DNA of 63,962 nucleotides, counting the filler, from Candidatus Woesearchaeota archaeon (lineage in GTDB: Archaea; Nanobdellota; Nanobdellia; Pacearchaeales; UBA284): NCBI GenBank assembly GCA_964354405.1. It is 6 parts of 3 records of this genome, joined end to end, with 100 filler letters (N's around TTAATTAATTAA, not from the genome) between each part and the next. Parts side by side here need not be neighbours in the genome. Positions count along the whole stretch, not along the records: positions 15,734 to 20,978 come from CAYGZP010000001.1; positions 21,079 to 43,514 come from CAYGZP010000001.1; 4 more parts are not named here. One strand, 5' to 3'. A program made the position numbers and the translations under genes. The notes below the pieces were generated by a model. The model was not told where the DNA came from. It saw only the letters and a program-made list of their open reading frames with translations, and did no database searches. Below are positions 19,790-30,573 of this stretch, in pieces (within the stretch, counting starts at the first letter, position 1; every line of letters begins with the position of its first letter).

Positions 19790-20680
19790 TTACTTTTTCT
19801 TTCTTCTGGAAATTCCTTCAGCTTTCGCAACAATCTTTTTCAATTTCTCAACTTTAGCTTTCGTGGCCGGAGTTCTTGTTTTCTTTGTCTTTATCTCATC
19901 GCTGACATCCCTCAACTCTTTCACCGATGACACGAGTGGCTGCAAAATTTGTGAGAATGCGCTTTGCAAAGCCTGGACTTCAGCATCTAAGCTGTCAATT
20001 CTTGAGCCATATTGTTTGACTTGCCCCATGATTCCTAATTGAACTTTATCAAAATTGAGCTCAACTCTCTTGACTCTATCCTCAACTTGCTTTAATTTTG
20101 ACCCGATATATCTTTTAAGCTCAGTCATGTCGCCGATTTTTGTTTTGAACTCTTCCCATTTTTCATTGATGATTTCTTCCGCAAGCTCTTGAACAGCTTC
20201 GTTAGATGTCGATGCTGCTGCGGTTCCATAAGAATAAGGATACTGTTGAGCATATTCCTGGGGCGCTGGCGCATATTCTTCAGTTGGGGCCGGCGCTTCC
20301 GCTTCTTGATATTCCGGCGCAGGAGCTTCAGGAGCATACTCTTCCTGAACTTCTTGTCCTTCTCCTCCTTGCTCCATAATCGAAGGCTGCATTTCTCCCT
20401 CACCAATTTCCTCTTCGCCAACCTCGCTAACTTCACTCTCTTCAACAGGTGCTTCTGCGTACTCCTCACTTGGCGAAGGAGCTTCTTCCATGCCTTCAAA
20501 CTCGCTGCCCTCAACTCCGGCGGTTTTCACAAGCTCTTGTTTAATCTTCGCCTGATTAACAGCGTCATTAACTTCAACAGAACTATATCCTTCGCTTCTC
20601 AAATATTTGATAATATCAGCATCTGTATAACCCTGCCGGCTCAATTTCAAAACTTCATTAACAGGAATTTTTTTAGGCAT
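19790..20680 (-). CDS. hypothetical protein: helical N-domain, acidic disordered linker, coiled coil
   Basis: E/P/A-rich central region, heptad-rich C-terminus. Confidence 0.8.
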   Translation of the reverse strand: MPKKIPVNEVLKLSRQGYTDADIIKYLRSEGYSSVEVNDAVNQAKIKQELVKTAGVEGSEFEGMEEAPSPSEEYAEAPVEESEVSEVGEEEIGEGEMQPSIMEQGGEGQEVQEEYAPEAPAPEYQEAEAPAPTEEYAPAPQEYAQQYPYSYGTAAASTSNEAVQELAEEIINEKWEEFKTKIGDMTELKRYIGSKLKQVEDRVKRVELNFDKVQLGIMGQVKQYGSRIDSLDAEVQALQSAFSQILQPLVSSVKELRDVSDEIKTKKTRTPATKAKVEKLKKIVAKAEGISRRKKK

Positions 20681-20689
20681 TTTATTTTT

Positions 20690-20978
20690 TTATTCCTCAA
20701 CTTCTATAATTCCATCTTTTTTGCCTTTCATCATCTTGCCCACAATTCTCTTTACATCATCTTCTGTCGCGAATTTCATAGGCTCAAACATTTTCATATA
20801 TCTTTCAAGAACCTTCAATTCTTCCTTTCTTGCCATCTCCGAGCTCTCATTAACTATATGCTCTACAGCTTCTTTCAATCTGTCAATCTCGTTTCTCAAG
20901 CTGGATATGTCATCCTTGACAAGTATCATTTCTTTGTTAAGCCTCTCATTCTGTTTGAGAACAGTCTGGCTCACAATA
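20690..20978 (-). CDS. hypothetical coiled-coil protein (probably 5' truncated)
   Basis: Frame open to the contig end. Confidence 0.7.
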
Positions 20979-21078
20979 NNNNNNNNNNNNNNNNNNNNNN
21001 NNNNNNNNNNNNNNNNNNNNNNTTAATTAATTAANNNNNNNNNNNNNNNNNNNNNNNNNNNNNNNNNNNNNNNNNNNN
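20979..21078. other. artificial contig linker
   Basis: N-run/TTAATTAATTAA/N-run. Confidence 0.99.
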
Positions 21079-22647
21079 AAGTTCCGAGACAAGTGAAGCT
21101 GCGCTGTATCTCTTGGGAGGCTGGGTCTGCTTTTCGTCAAGTCTGACATCTTTGATGGTGACTTTGCCATTCACATCCCCGAGCTCATTAACATCAATTC
21201 GATAAGGATAAACCTCAAGCCATCCGCTTTTCAAGATTTTTCTCCCTTGGGCTAAGAACTCTTTATCATAATCCTTGACTTTTACAATTATTTTCTTTTC
21301 CTCGAGCAAAGCGTCATCGCAAAAGCAAGCGATGAATCTCTTGACAATCAAATCATAAATCTGTTTTTCTTGGGCGAAGAGTTTTTCTGGCTCTTCTCCT
21401 GTGGGGAATATCGCAGGATGTGCAGGATCTGTCTTGTAGCCTTCAACTGGTTTGTTTCTTGTGATAAGTTTGACAAAATGCGGATGAGCAACTCGTAATT
21501 TCTCCAAAATTCTTTTCTGCCCTATTGTGAAAGGAAGTTTCTGCGATGAAGTTCTAGGATAAGAAATCAAACCCTGCAAATACAAGTTCTGAGCTATCGC
21601 AAGAGTCTGTGCAGGCGAGAATCCAAAGAATTTATAGGATTCAATCTGCAATGTAGTCAAATCAAAAGGGGGAAAAGGCCTTAACTCCCGCGTTTCTGTA
21701 ATTGTTTTTGCTTCTGCGCTCTTTCCTTTGAGCTTGAGAAATTTTTCAGCCTCGGCTTTGTCGAAAATATCTTTCTCATATTTTACTTCCAAGCTATTGT
21801 TCAGCATTAAGAAAATCTGCCAGTAAGGAACTGACTTGAACGCGCGAATCTCTTTTTCTCTTTCAACGACTAATGCCAATGATGGCCCCTGAACGCGGCC
21901 TATTGACATAATTCTATAGGCTCCGGCAGCTTTGATTGCCCCCATCAGCGCTCTGCTCAAATTAATTCCATACATCCAATCCAAAAAGTGTCGGGTTTCT
22001 CCTGCGAATGCCTGCCCATAATCGAGATGCTCCATAATATTATTATAGGATTCAAGTAAATCCGGCTTAGTGAGAGTCGAGAACTTCATCCTTTGGGCAT
22101 CTTGCTGTTTGCACAGGAATCTTAGAACATTAAATCCTATAAGCTCGCCCTCAACATCATAATCACAAGCTATAATGAATTGCGAGGCGTTCTTTGCCAA
22201 GTAACTCAGAACATTGGAATATTTTCTTGCAAAACTGAACACAGGTTTCCACTCTATTTCGAACACAGGCCAAGAGTTTGTCTTTTCTTTCTCGCCCAAC
22301 CCAAATAAATGTCCAACTGCACTCGCCACAATGAACTTCTTGCCCTCTCGCTCAAATTCCCAGTATGGAACTCCTGCAATATTTTTCTTTACAAGCGAGC
22401 TGTCTGCAAGTGCGAAAGCCACCTTAGTTGCTGCCTGCGGCTTCTCGCAGATGATTAAGGTATAATTCTTGATGTCTTTGACTTCTTTAACTTTAACCTC
22501 TTTAATCTCAGGCTTCTTTTCCTCTTCAACTTTCTCTATTTTTTCAATTTCTTCTCTTTTGGGCTTCTGAAAAGGCTCAACTATATAGCCCCCGCCGTCA
22601 TCTTCAAATATCTTGTCCATCTTAGGTTTTCTTGATTTTCTTGGCAT
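21079..22647 (-). CDS. topA: DNA topoisomerase IA (3' truncated)
   Basis: TOPRIM EKP, DYDVEGE, SIGRVQ, active-site ISYPRT, AHPAI. Confidence 0.95.
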
Positions 22648-22808
22648 GTGAGAATAAGAAATAGTGATTATAAAAAACTTTTCTATCTACCTATGTCTAC
22701 TAAAATTTAAGATCCTTGTCTATTTACATAAAAAATTAAAAAAAATAAATAAAAAAATAAAAAATTTTATGTTTGTTTTGCTTTAGCTAATTTGATAGCT
22801 TATTTGAC

Positions 22809-23258
22809 TTATGCTGCTGCAGTTGTAACAAGTTGTCCAGTTGTGCTCTTAGATAAACCGTCTACTTTGCTAAAAGTTACTGTAAAGTCTCCCTTGATTT
22901 TGTCTCCAGCTACTAATGTACTGCAAGGTATGTCGAAAGTTGAGCTGTTATCTGCAGAGATACTTTTTGGAACGCTTGTAGATGCCAGGCAAGTTTCTCC
23001 AGTTGCTGTCAATGTAATTGCAGTTATATTCACTGTTTCACTTAGCATATTCTTTATTTTTAGGGTAACTGTGGTTCCTGAAGCGCTGTAATCATCACAG
23101 AACAATCCTGAACCTGTAGAGATAACACACTTCTCCGGTAACATCTTTTCTGGTCGAAGAACTCCAAAATAGGCCAATGCGCCTATCGCGACCAAAACAA
23201 CTAGAATTGCCCATCCGTAAGTCATCAAAAATTCTAAAGCTGCTTGTCCTCTTTTCAT
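22809..23258 (-). CDS. probable major type IV pilin
   Basis: MKRG/QAALEFLMTYGWAIL class III signal; standalone gene with T-rich terminator. Confidence 0.85.
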   Translation of the reverse strand: MKRGQAALEFLMTYGWAILVVLVAIGALAYFGVLRPEKMLPEKCVISTGSGLFCDDYSASGTTVTLKIKNMLSETVNITAITLTATGETCLASTSVPKSISADNSSTFDIPCSTLVAGDKIKGDFTVTFSKVDGLSKSTTGQLVTTAAA

Positions 23259-23420
23259 TTTTTAAAGTTGTATAATTTAATTATATTCGAGCTTTTCGAA
23301 GCTCTAATCTATGTTTATCACTCTAAAAGCGTATATAAAGTTTTTTCTTGAGCTGTCTTAATTCTAAAGTTAATAAAAAATTAAAAAAGATATAAATAAT
23401 TACGAGAACGATTAAAGTTT

Positions 23421-23846
23421 ATGAAAGTCATGAAAGCTACGAAAATTGCAAAAGCTCAAATCTCTATCGAATATATTCTGCTTATTGGCTTAATCTTAGC
23501 GGCTGTCTTGCCGATTTTTTATTACTCTTTCACGACGATAAATAATCACACAAAGATGAACAAGGCGAACATGGTTGTGAGCAAAGTAGTAGAAACAGCA
23601 GATATGTTATACTCTCTTGGCCCGGGTTCGCAAGAAGCGATTGTTATAGAGATTCCAAGCGGCGTTGAGAATATCACTATCCAAGGCAAAGAAATAAATC
23701 TAAAATTAAGAATTTTTACAAGAGTTTCAGATATTTTTGCAGTGAGCAAGGCTAACATGGCCGGCACAATTAATGCAAAGCCCGGCGCGTGGCATATTTT
23801 AATGAAAAATGAAAATAATACAATACAGATATCGAATCAATACTAA
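23421..23846 (+). CDS. minor pilin (QxSxE class III signal peptide)
   Basis: KA/QISIEY plus hydrophobic helix. Confidence 0.8.
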   Translation: MKVMKATKIAKAQISIEYILLIGLILAAVLPIFYYSFTTINNHTKMNKANMVVSKVVETADMLYSLGPGSQEAIVIEIPSGVENITIQGKEINLKLRIFTRVSDIFAVSKANMAGTINAKPGAWHILMKNENNTIQISNQY

Positions 23847-25368
23847 CAATACTAAATCTAAAAAATCTAAGAAAGCTCAGATTAGTATTGAGTTCATCGC
23901 AGTTATTGGGATATTATTCTTGATACTTATGGCTGCGGTGTTTTTTTCAACCCAGTTACAGCGCGAGGCTTTCAAGACAAATATCACATTTGACAAGACA
24001 AAAGAGTGCTTGAAGATTGCGAGAGCGATGTCAGAAGTCTATTCAAATGGTCACAATGCCGAAGTCAGAATGAAAACAAATTATCTCTTGACTATCTTTA
24101 ATGATACATTTATTTCTATAGAGGATAAAGAAAACAACACTTTTGTGACTAACAGGATAGCCTATCTAGCATCAAACTGCGGGCCAACAGATGTAAATGA
24201 CTTTGAGCCAATCAATCAGACTCTCGCTCCGGACTGGTATTATATTTGTTTGGGAGGTTGTTATAGCTGCGACTGGTTCGCCACGAAGAATATAACAAAG
24301 AACCTCACTCAACTCATCGCAAATATCAACAATTATGATACAATTTATTTGGAAGATGCCCACATGAATTACAACTCAAATTCTAGGGGGATTTTAGAAA
24401 ATTGGACTAAGGGAGGAAAGGCATTGATTGTTTCAGAACACGCTGTCTGTCGTTATGGTTCTGGAAGCTATCCTCCAAATTATGTTTCGTGCAACATTCC
24501 TGCAGGAGCAGGAGACGTGTGGGATATATTCGGAATAAGGCTTCATGAGCAGGGAGGGAGCTATGGAAACAATCTCACAGTTATCAGACAAGAGCCAGTT
24601 TACAATCTTTCTTTAGGCGAAAAACTTGATTTTGAAGAGAACAGTTATATCGAAGCAATAGGCAATCAGACAAGCAAGAACGAGTCAGAATCAATGACTC
24701 TTAGCAGTTTCTCCTCAACAACAAGTTGTTCATGCAACTCGCCTACAACGTCAGGGGGCAAATGCATAAGGAACACAGGCTCGACATCAACTTGGGCAAA
24801 CGCCACATGGAAAGTCAATGTCACAGGAACATATAATGTTAAGGTTAGATATTGCGGCGAGCACGATGGCAACGATCAATGGAAATTTTATGTAAATGAT
24901 AGTTTGCGAGCCAGCTGGAACACTATAAACATGGAGCCAAACTGGCAAGATAGAACAATTCAGACTTATCTGCAAAACGGCGATGTCATAAAAATCAGCT
25001 GCAAGAGAGGCACAAGCCAAAGTTATTGCAACTCTGATTTCATCTCTATAAACACCTTGCCAACACTAAATACAGTTACTATCGCTACATACGATGCCAA
25101 CTTGCAGCCAGGAATCGCTTACTGGGATTATGGCACTGGCCGAGTGTTTTACTTCGGGGATTTCCAAGTCAACATGTGGGGTGGAAAAGATTTCACTTCA
25201 AATGTCTTGATAGGCTTGATTCAAAAAGCATATTACACCATCGGAGGCAAGGGCAAGAGTGCCTTATGCACTTTTTATGGTAAAAGCGTTTATGGCCAAG
25301 TCACAGGAGATTTCCGAATAAGAAATGACAATGGAATTACTGTAATTGAAAATTCCTCGATGTACTAA
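23809..25368 (+). CDS. large pilin-like adhesin with a possible carbohydrate-binding domain
   Basis: KKA/QISIEF; internal GTYNVKVRY...FYVND CBM-like beta-sandwich. Confidence 0.7.
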   Translation: MKIIQYRYRINTNNTKSKKSKKAQISIEFIAVIGILFLILMAAVFFSTQLQREAFKTNITFDKTKECLKIARAMSEVYSNGHNAEVRMKTNYLLTIFNDTFISIEDKENNTFVTNRIAYLASNCGPTDVNDFEPINQTLAPDWYYICLGGCYSCDWFATKNITKNLTQLIANINNYDTIYLEDAHMNYNSNSRGILENWTKGGKALIVSEHAVCRYGSGSYPPNYVSCNIPAGAGDVWDIFGIRLHEQGGSYGNNLTVIRQEPVYNLSLGEKLDFEENSYIEAIGNQTSKNESESMTLSSFSSTTSCSCNSPTTSGGKCIRNTGSTSTWANATWKVNVTGTYNVKVRYCGEHDGNDQWKFYVNDSLRASWNTINMEPNWQDRTIQTYLQNGDVIKISCKRGTSQSYCNSDFISINTLPTLNTVTIATYDANLQPGIAYWDYGTGRVFYFGDFQVNMWGGKDFTSNVLIGLIQKAYYTIGGKGKSALCTFYGKSVYGQVTGDFRIRNDNGITVIENSSMY

Positions 25369-25376
25369 ATATTAAA

Positions 25377-25892
25377 ATGAAAGAAAAAAATAAAGTAAAT
25401 AAGAAAGCGCAAGTGGGTGTTTGGGATTTACTCGCTGCAGTGTTTTTATTTGTGATCCTGATGACAGTTATCATGATTTATTGGTATGATTATAATCGCG
25501 ATATCTTGACAAAATTAGAAAATGAGAATGCACTATCAACTGCATTAAGTGTTACAGATAATCTTATAAAAACTCCTGGCAAGCCAACCGCTTGGAACAC
25601 AACTAATGTGCAGGTTTTTGGATTGGCAGTTTCAGACAGGGAACTTTCAGAGGAGAAAGTAGAACAATTCTGCAATTTAACCAATTCATCTTACAATCAA
25701 TCAAGAACCTTGATGAATCTTATGCACCAGTTCCATTTTTTAATACTGACTTATGAAGCAGGAGACTGGAGCAAGAAAGAAATTGAGTGCGGCATCGCTC
25801 CTTATGGAAATATAATCAAGGTTGTAAGTATCACTCGGGCTGTGATATATAAAAATCAAGAAGTTTTGCTAAAATTTGAATTATGGAAATAA
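25377..25892 (+). CDS. minor pilin-like protein
   Basis: KKA/QVGVWD plus hydrophobic helix; TPGxPxxW motif. Confidence 0.75.
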   Translation: MKEKNKVNKKAQVGVWDLLAAVFLFVILMTVIMIYWYDYNRDILTKLENENALSTALSVTDNLIKTPGKPTAWNTTNVQVFGLAVSDRELSEEKVEQFCNLTNSSYNQSRTLMNLMHQFHFLILTYEAGDWSKKEIECGIAPYGNIIKVVSITRAVIYKNQEVLLKFELWK

Positions 25893-26341
25893 AAAATAAA
25901 ATTAAAAAAATGAAAAAAGAGGGAAGAAAGGATAAGAAAGGATTTGTATTGAGCTTAGATGCTCTCTTTGCTGTACTGATTGTAGTAACAGCGCTCATAT
26001 TTGCCACGAGTTATGTTCCCCAACAGAAAGAAAAAATCTTTTATCTTTACAATGAGAAAGCAGCAAACGACGCTTTCGCTGTTTTAGATTATAATAATAT
26101 TCTACAGACAAAAAATCCCGCGATTATAACTCAAGAAATGAATAAATTGCTGAGTTCATCAGAATTCAAGCTAAACATGACTACGTGCGATGTTGACTTG
26201 AGCGGCAAGAGTTCAATGACCTTTGGTTCGACTCCCCAAAACTCGAGTTTTGTTATGTCAGGCAAGAGATTTTTCACAATTAAAAATAATGGCATAGTCA
26301 CCGGCTTCGGTGCCGTGAGCTATAATGTATGGCAAAAATAA
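25883..26341 (+). CDS. minor pilin-like protein
   Basis: KKG/FVLSLDA plus hydrophobic helix. Confidence 0.75.
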   Translation: MEIKNKIKKMKKEGRKDKKGFVLSLDALFAVLIVVTALIFATSYVPQQKEKIFYLYNEKAANDAFAVLDYNNILQTKNPAIITQEMNKLLSSSEFKLNMTTCDVDLSGKSSMTFGSTPQNSSFVMSGKRFFTIKNNGIVTGFGAVSYNVWQK

Positions 26342-27234
26342 AATTAAAAAAAATGAAAAATGAAAAAAGAAAAGCAAAAATGAACAAGCGAGGGGTATTT
26401 TTCACACTAAGTGCTCTTCTTGTAGTCTTAAGTTTCTTTCTTATAGTCGCGATTACTGACAAGACAACGAGAATTGACAAGGACATTGCTCTCGACAGGG
26501 CCTATGAGCTCTCAAACTCAGTTGAAAAAAGCATCCTTGATATTTTTTCTACATTCTCAGATATCAGGATAAACATCACACAGAATCCGGATGGCACATC
26601 TAATGCGACTTTCATAGAAAATATTTCTAGCCGCGAGGAGCCATGGGGCCAGAATTTTGCCCAAGTCATAAACAACTTCAAGACTTTTGTTGAGTCAGAA
26701 GATCCAAATGTTAAGATAAACCTGACGCAGATTAATAACAAAATTCTTCCGATAATCATAATGCCCCACAACATTGTTTACTCGAGAAACTGGGAAACAG
26801 GACATGTCAAGATTGATGTTACCCCTTCACAAATGAATTTTGAATCTTATGAAGTCACTGTTAATACTGGAGATGTGAATATAAGCAAAACCCAGGCACA
26901 GTTCAGGAGCAACGGGTCTTTCTTATTCAGAGTTATATCTAAAGACAATTATGGACATATTTTTACAGATGAGCAATATGTAAATCCTGCAGATAGCCAC
27001 GATGTCCAGATTTTCTTTGTAAATGGCAACAAGGCAACAGTTTCAATGACTGCGGGTTCTTTAGAAACCTGGACTAACGAGCTCAATATATTGCTAATTG
27101 AAACGAAACTTGACAATATGATAAAATACGATGAAAAGATAAGGATAAAGGTTTTTGAGTCAATGGTAAATGTTAGCTTTCCAGATATAGGGGTCTACAA
27201 GATTAAAGATGTAGTTGTAGAGCAGGAATATTGA
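26329..27234 (+). CDS. minor pilin-like protein
   Basis: KRG/VFFTL plus hydrophobic helix. Confidence 0.7.
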   Translation: MAKIKLKKMKNEKRKAKMNKRGVFFTLSALLVVLSFFLIVAITDKTTRIDKDIALDRAYELSNSVEKSILDIFSTFSDIRINITQNPDGTSNATFIENISSREEPWGQNFAQVINNFKTFVESEDPNVKINLTQINNKILPIIIMPHNIVYSRNWETGHVKIDVTPSQMNFESYEVTVNTGDVNISKTQAQFRSNGSFLFRVISKDNYGHIFTDEQYVNPADSHDVQIFFVNGNKATVSMTAGSLETWTNELNILLIETKLDNMIKYDEKIRIKVFESMVNVSFPDIGVYKIKDVVVEQEY

Positions 27235-27319
27235 AGAATATACTAAAGATTTATATATTAAAATTTATATATTCAAATATACATCTTATATCGATATATT
27301 TAATATATTGCATTAAAAA

Positions 27320-28171
27320 ATGAAAAAAAGAGGTAAGGTGAAGGGGTTCAAGAAGCACAAGCCCGAGCATCATAAAGTAAGGCATTTAATCCATAAGCCA
27401 GAACATAAAACAGAACACAAAGATATTGTCACACATGGAGTTTTGCCTCATCACAAGGAACTTGACAAAATAATCCATCATGAGCCTCGCGAAGCCCATC
27501 ATAAAAAACTGAAAAAGGGGTGGTTTGCCGAGAGAGAGCAACACAAGCTCGCTGCGCAAGGAGTGAAAGTCCGCAAGAAGGAATATGCCAAGTACAAGGG
27601 CATTTACATCGCTCTTGCTGTGGTTTCTCTTGCTTTTGGAGCTTTCGCATTCCTCAAAGAAGATTATCTTTCTTTTGGTTTGGCTGCAGCCGCGTTCATC
27701 CTTGCAGTTGTTTTGTTCATACTGATTGTTACAAAAAAAGAAAAAATAGAATTCGCTCGATATCTGACAATATGGGGTGTTGCTTTGATACTCTCGGTAT
27801 TTTCAATAACTAAAAATAATTTTCTCGCTCTTACAGTGTTACTCATTACAATGTTTTTCACATCTCTTGTCGCGATGATGCTTGCAAAGAAACTTATGAA
27901 AGACAAAATTATCTTGGCAGTAAGGCAATTATCGCGGGAGAAAAAAACCAATGAGACAGATATCGACCATCTATATGAGTTGATAAAAAGATTAAAAAAA
28001 TTGAGGATAAGCGAGATTGCATTGGCTTTTGGGATTGACATTAAAAAAGCAGAAGAGTGGGCCAAGATATTGGAAGAGCATGATCTTGCGGTGATTTACT
28101 ATCCACCATTAGGAGAAGCCGAATTGAAATATAAAGATAAAATAAAGACAGAGGAGAAAGAAAAGCTGTAA
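27320..28171 (+). CDS. pilus-locus membrane protein: His-rich N-terminus, 4 TM, C-terminal wHTH-like domain
   Basis: H/K-rich first ~75 aa; four hydrophobic segments; ISEIALAFGI...EEWAKILE. Confidence 0.7.
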   Translation: MKKRGKVKGFKKHKPEHHKVRHLIHKPEHKTEHKDIVTHGVLPHHKELDKIIHHEPREAHHKKLKKGWFAEREQHKLAAQGVKVRKKEYAKYKGIYIALAVVSLAFGAFAFLKEDYLSFGLAAAAFILAVVLFILIVTKKEKIEFARYLTIWGVALILSVFSITKNNFLALTVLLITMFFTSLVAMMLAKKLMKDKIILAVRQLSREKKTNETDIDHLYELIKRLKKLRISEIALAFGIDIKKAEEWAKILEEHDLAVIYYPPLGEAELKYKDKIKTEEKEKL

Positions 28172-28200
28172 AAAAGAAAACAAAAAAAGGAAAAAATAAA

Positions 28201-29694
28201 ATGGATCGAAATACAGAAACCATAGACAGTTATTCAATAAGTAGCGAAGATCTTACAGTCGGTGTTACAATAAAAGGTTACAACAAACACGCAGTTTATT
28301 ATCATATAGTCATCCCGCAACTTTCAAAGGCTACATTAGCTTTATTGGATGAGGTTCGCAAGGATTTGATAATAGAGATAAAAGTAACTGTTGAGGAGAT
28401 GCTAGATCCAAGAACTATTGAAAAAACAAAAGAGAAATTTCGCGTTAGAGCTTCCTCGCTTCTTGATGAGAAGATTAAACTTGAACCACATGTCAAGAAG
28501 ATTCTGATAGGCTTGTTGATGAATGAGATGCTTGGATTAGGCGAGATAGAGTTTCTGCTTTCAGATATAATGCTCGAAGAGATTGTCGTTCCCGATTCTA
28601 CAGAACCTGTCAAAGTTTATCACAAAAAATATGGCTGGCTTGAAACAGACATAACAATAAAAAGCGAAGAGCAGATAATAAATTATGCGACTATTATAGC
28701 AAGAAGAGCAGGCAGACAGATAAGTGTTCTCAATCCAATTTTAGACGCGCATCTCGTAACAGGAGACAGGGCAAACGCAGTTCTTTATCCTGTCGCTACG
28801 AAAGGAAATACTATCACCATCAGAAAATTTGCCCGCGACCCTTGGACAATAATCGATTTTATAAATAATAACACAATCACTGCAAAAATAGCCGCATTGT
28901 TATGGCTCTCAATCCAGTATGAGATGACTGTGCTTGTTTCAGGAGGCACTGGCTCTGGTAAAACCTCGCTGCTTAATGTTATGATGCCTTTCATTCCTTT
29001 CAATCAGCGAATCATCACAATAGAGCAGACAAGAGAGTTACAATTGCCTTCATTCCTGCATTGGATTCCTCTCGTTACAAGACTTCCTAATCCTGAAGGC
29101 AAAGGAGAGGTTACAATGTTGGATTTGTTAATCAACAGTTTGAGAATGAGGCCCGATAGAATCGTTCTTGGAGAAATAAGAAGAAAAGAGGAAGCAGAAG
29201 TTCTTTTCGAAGCCATTCATACAGGACACAGTGTCTATGCCACTGTTCATGCTGATACATTAAATGAGACAATCAAGAGACTTGTAAACCCCCCAATTTC
29301 TGTTCCCGAGAACCTGTTAGAATCAGTGAACTTGTGCGTAACAATGTTCCGCGACAGGAGAAAAAATATAAGAAGAATCTACCAGGTTGGCGAATTTGTG
29401 AGCGGCGAGGAAAGCGAAGGCGTGAGCATCCGCCCGAATATCATGTTCAGATACAAGCCAGATGATGATAAAGTTGTCCCCCATGCCAAGAGTCTTGTGC
29501 TGTTCGATAACATAAACAGAATTACTGGCATGAGCATGCAAGAGATAAACCGCGACTTGATAGAAAAAGAGGAAATCCTAACAACAATGGCAAAAAAAGG
29601 CATAAGGAGCCTGGAAGAAGTCGGAAAGATTATTTACGAATATTACATTAACAAAGATAGTGCATTAAAGATGCTGAAAGAAAGCAAAAAATAA
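28201..29694 (+). CDS. type IV pilus assembly ATPase (TadA/CpaF/VirB11 family)
   Basis: GGTGSGKT, LRMRPDRIVLGEIR, TGH...TVHA. Confidence 0.95.
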   Translation: MDRNTETIDSYSISSEDLTVGVTIKGYNKHAVYYHIVIPQLSKATLALLDEVRKDLIIEIKVTVEEMLDPRTIEKTKEKFRVRASSLLDEKIKLEPHVKKILIGLLMNEMLGLGEIEFLLSDIMLEEIVVPDSTEPVKVYHKKYGWLETDITIKSEEQIINYATIIARRAGRQISVLNPILDAHLVTGDRANAVLYPVATKGNTITIRKFARDPWTIIDFINNNTITAKIAALLWLSIQYEMTVLVSGGTGSGKTSLLNVMMPFIPFNQRIITIEQTRELQLPSFLHWIPLVTRLPNPEGKGEVTMLDLLINSLRMRPDRIVLGEIRRKEEAEVLFEAIHTGHSVYATVHADTLNETIKRLVNPPISVPENLLESVNLCVTMFRDRRKNIRRIYQVGEFVSGEESEGVSIRPNIMFRYKPDDDKVVPHAKSLVLFDNINRITGMSMQEINRDLIEKEEILTTMAKKGIRSLEEVGKIIYEYYINKDSALKMLKESKK

Positions 29695-29731
29695 ATTTTT
29701 TATAAATTTTAAAATTATGTGATATTAAAAA

Positions 29732-30562
29732 ATGAACATTTTTCTTGGCGCAGCTCAAACCATATCTAAATTTTTCCCTTCGCTTAAAGTAAACCTGCTT
29801 TATGCGGATATCAAAAAAGACTCGCGAGAATACATCGCAGAAGCCTTGCAGAAAACTCTATTCTTTTTTATAACTATACTTGTTCTTACAGTTGTAACTT
29901 TTGTATTTTTTAAAATAAACCAATATGGAATTGCGGTTCTCGTGGCTGTTGTGATGGCGTTATTTTTCTTCATAAGTATAGTTTTCCTTCCTTCGATGTC
30001 TGCAGCCAAAAGGATAAAAAATCTGGAAAGGAACTTACTGCCAGCCTTGCAGAGTATATTCGTGCAGATTAACTCGGGCATTCCCCTGTTCGAAGTCTTG
30101 ACAAATGTCTCCAAGGCAAAATATGGCGGAGTGTCAAAAGAATTCTCCAAGGCAGTGAGCAAGATGAATGCAGGCAAGTCTCAGGTAGACTCGTTAGAAG
30201 ACATGGTTGTCGAAAATCCCTCAGTGTTTTTTAGGAGAGCGATATGGCAGATTATAAACGGTATGAAATCCGGGGCAGATTTATCAGCTACAATTGAGCA
30301 GGCAATTTCGCTGCTTGCGGAAGAGAAAATTCTGCAGATTCAGAGTTATGGTTCAAGGCTAAGCCCCTTGGCGATGTTTTACATGCTTCTTGGTATAATA
30401 TTCCCCGCGCTCAGCATAATCTTTGTTATTCTTTTCGCGGCCATAGCCAATGTCCCTGGAGACACCATAACAATCGTCTTCGGCGTGGTTTTCATATTCA
30501 TTGTTTTGTTTCAAGTTGTATTTTTAGGATTAATAAATATGAGGAGGCCTTCGTTGGTGTAA
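29732..30562 (+). CDS. T2SS-F/TadB-like membrane platform protein
   Basis: T2SSF pattern (INSGIPL, YGGVSKEF, SGADL), several TMs, follows the ATPase. Confidence 0.9.
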   Translation: MNIFLGAAQTISKFFPSLKVNLLYADIKKDSREYIAEALQKTLFFFITILVLTVVTFVFFKINQYGIAVLVAVVMALFFFISIVFLPSMSAAKRIKNLERNLLPALQSIFVQINSGIPLFEVLTNVSKAKYGGVSKEFSKAVSKMNAGKSQVDSLEDMVVENPSVFFRRAIWQIINGMKSGADLSATIEQAISLLAEEKILQIQSYGSRLSPLAMFYMLLGIIFPALSIIFVILFAAIANVPGDTITIVFGVVFIFIVLFQVVFLGLINMRRPSLV

Positions 30563-30573
30563 GATAAAGTAAA

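Noticed and set aside
20125..21034. 281-aa and 129-aa ORFs overlapping 19790..20680
   Set aside because: Shadow frames of a Glu-rich low-complexity gene.
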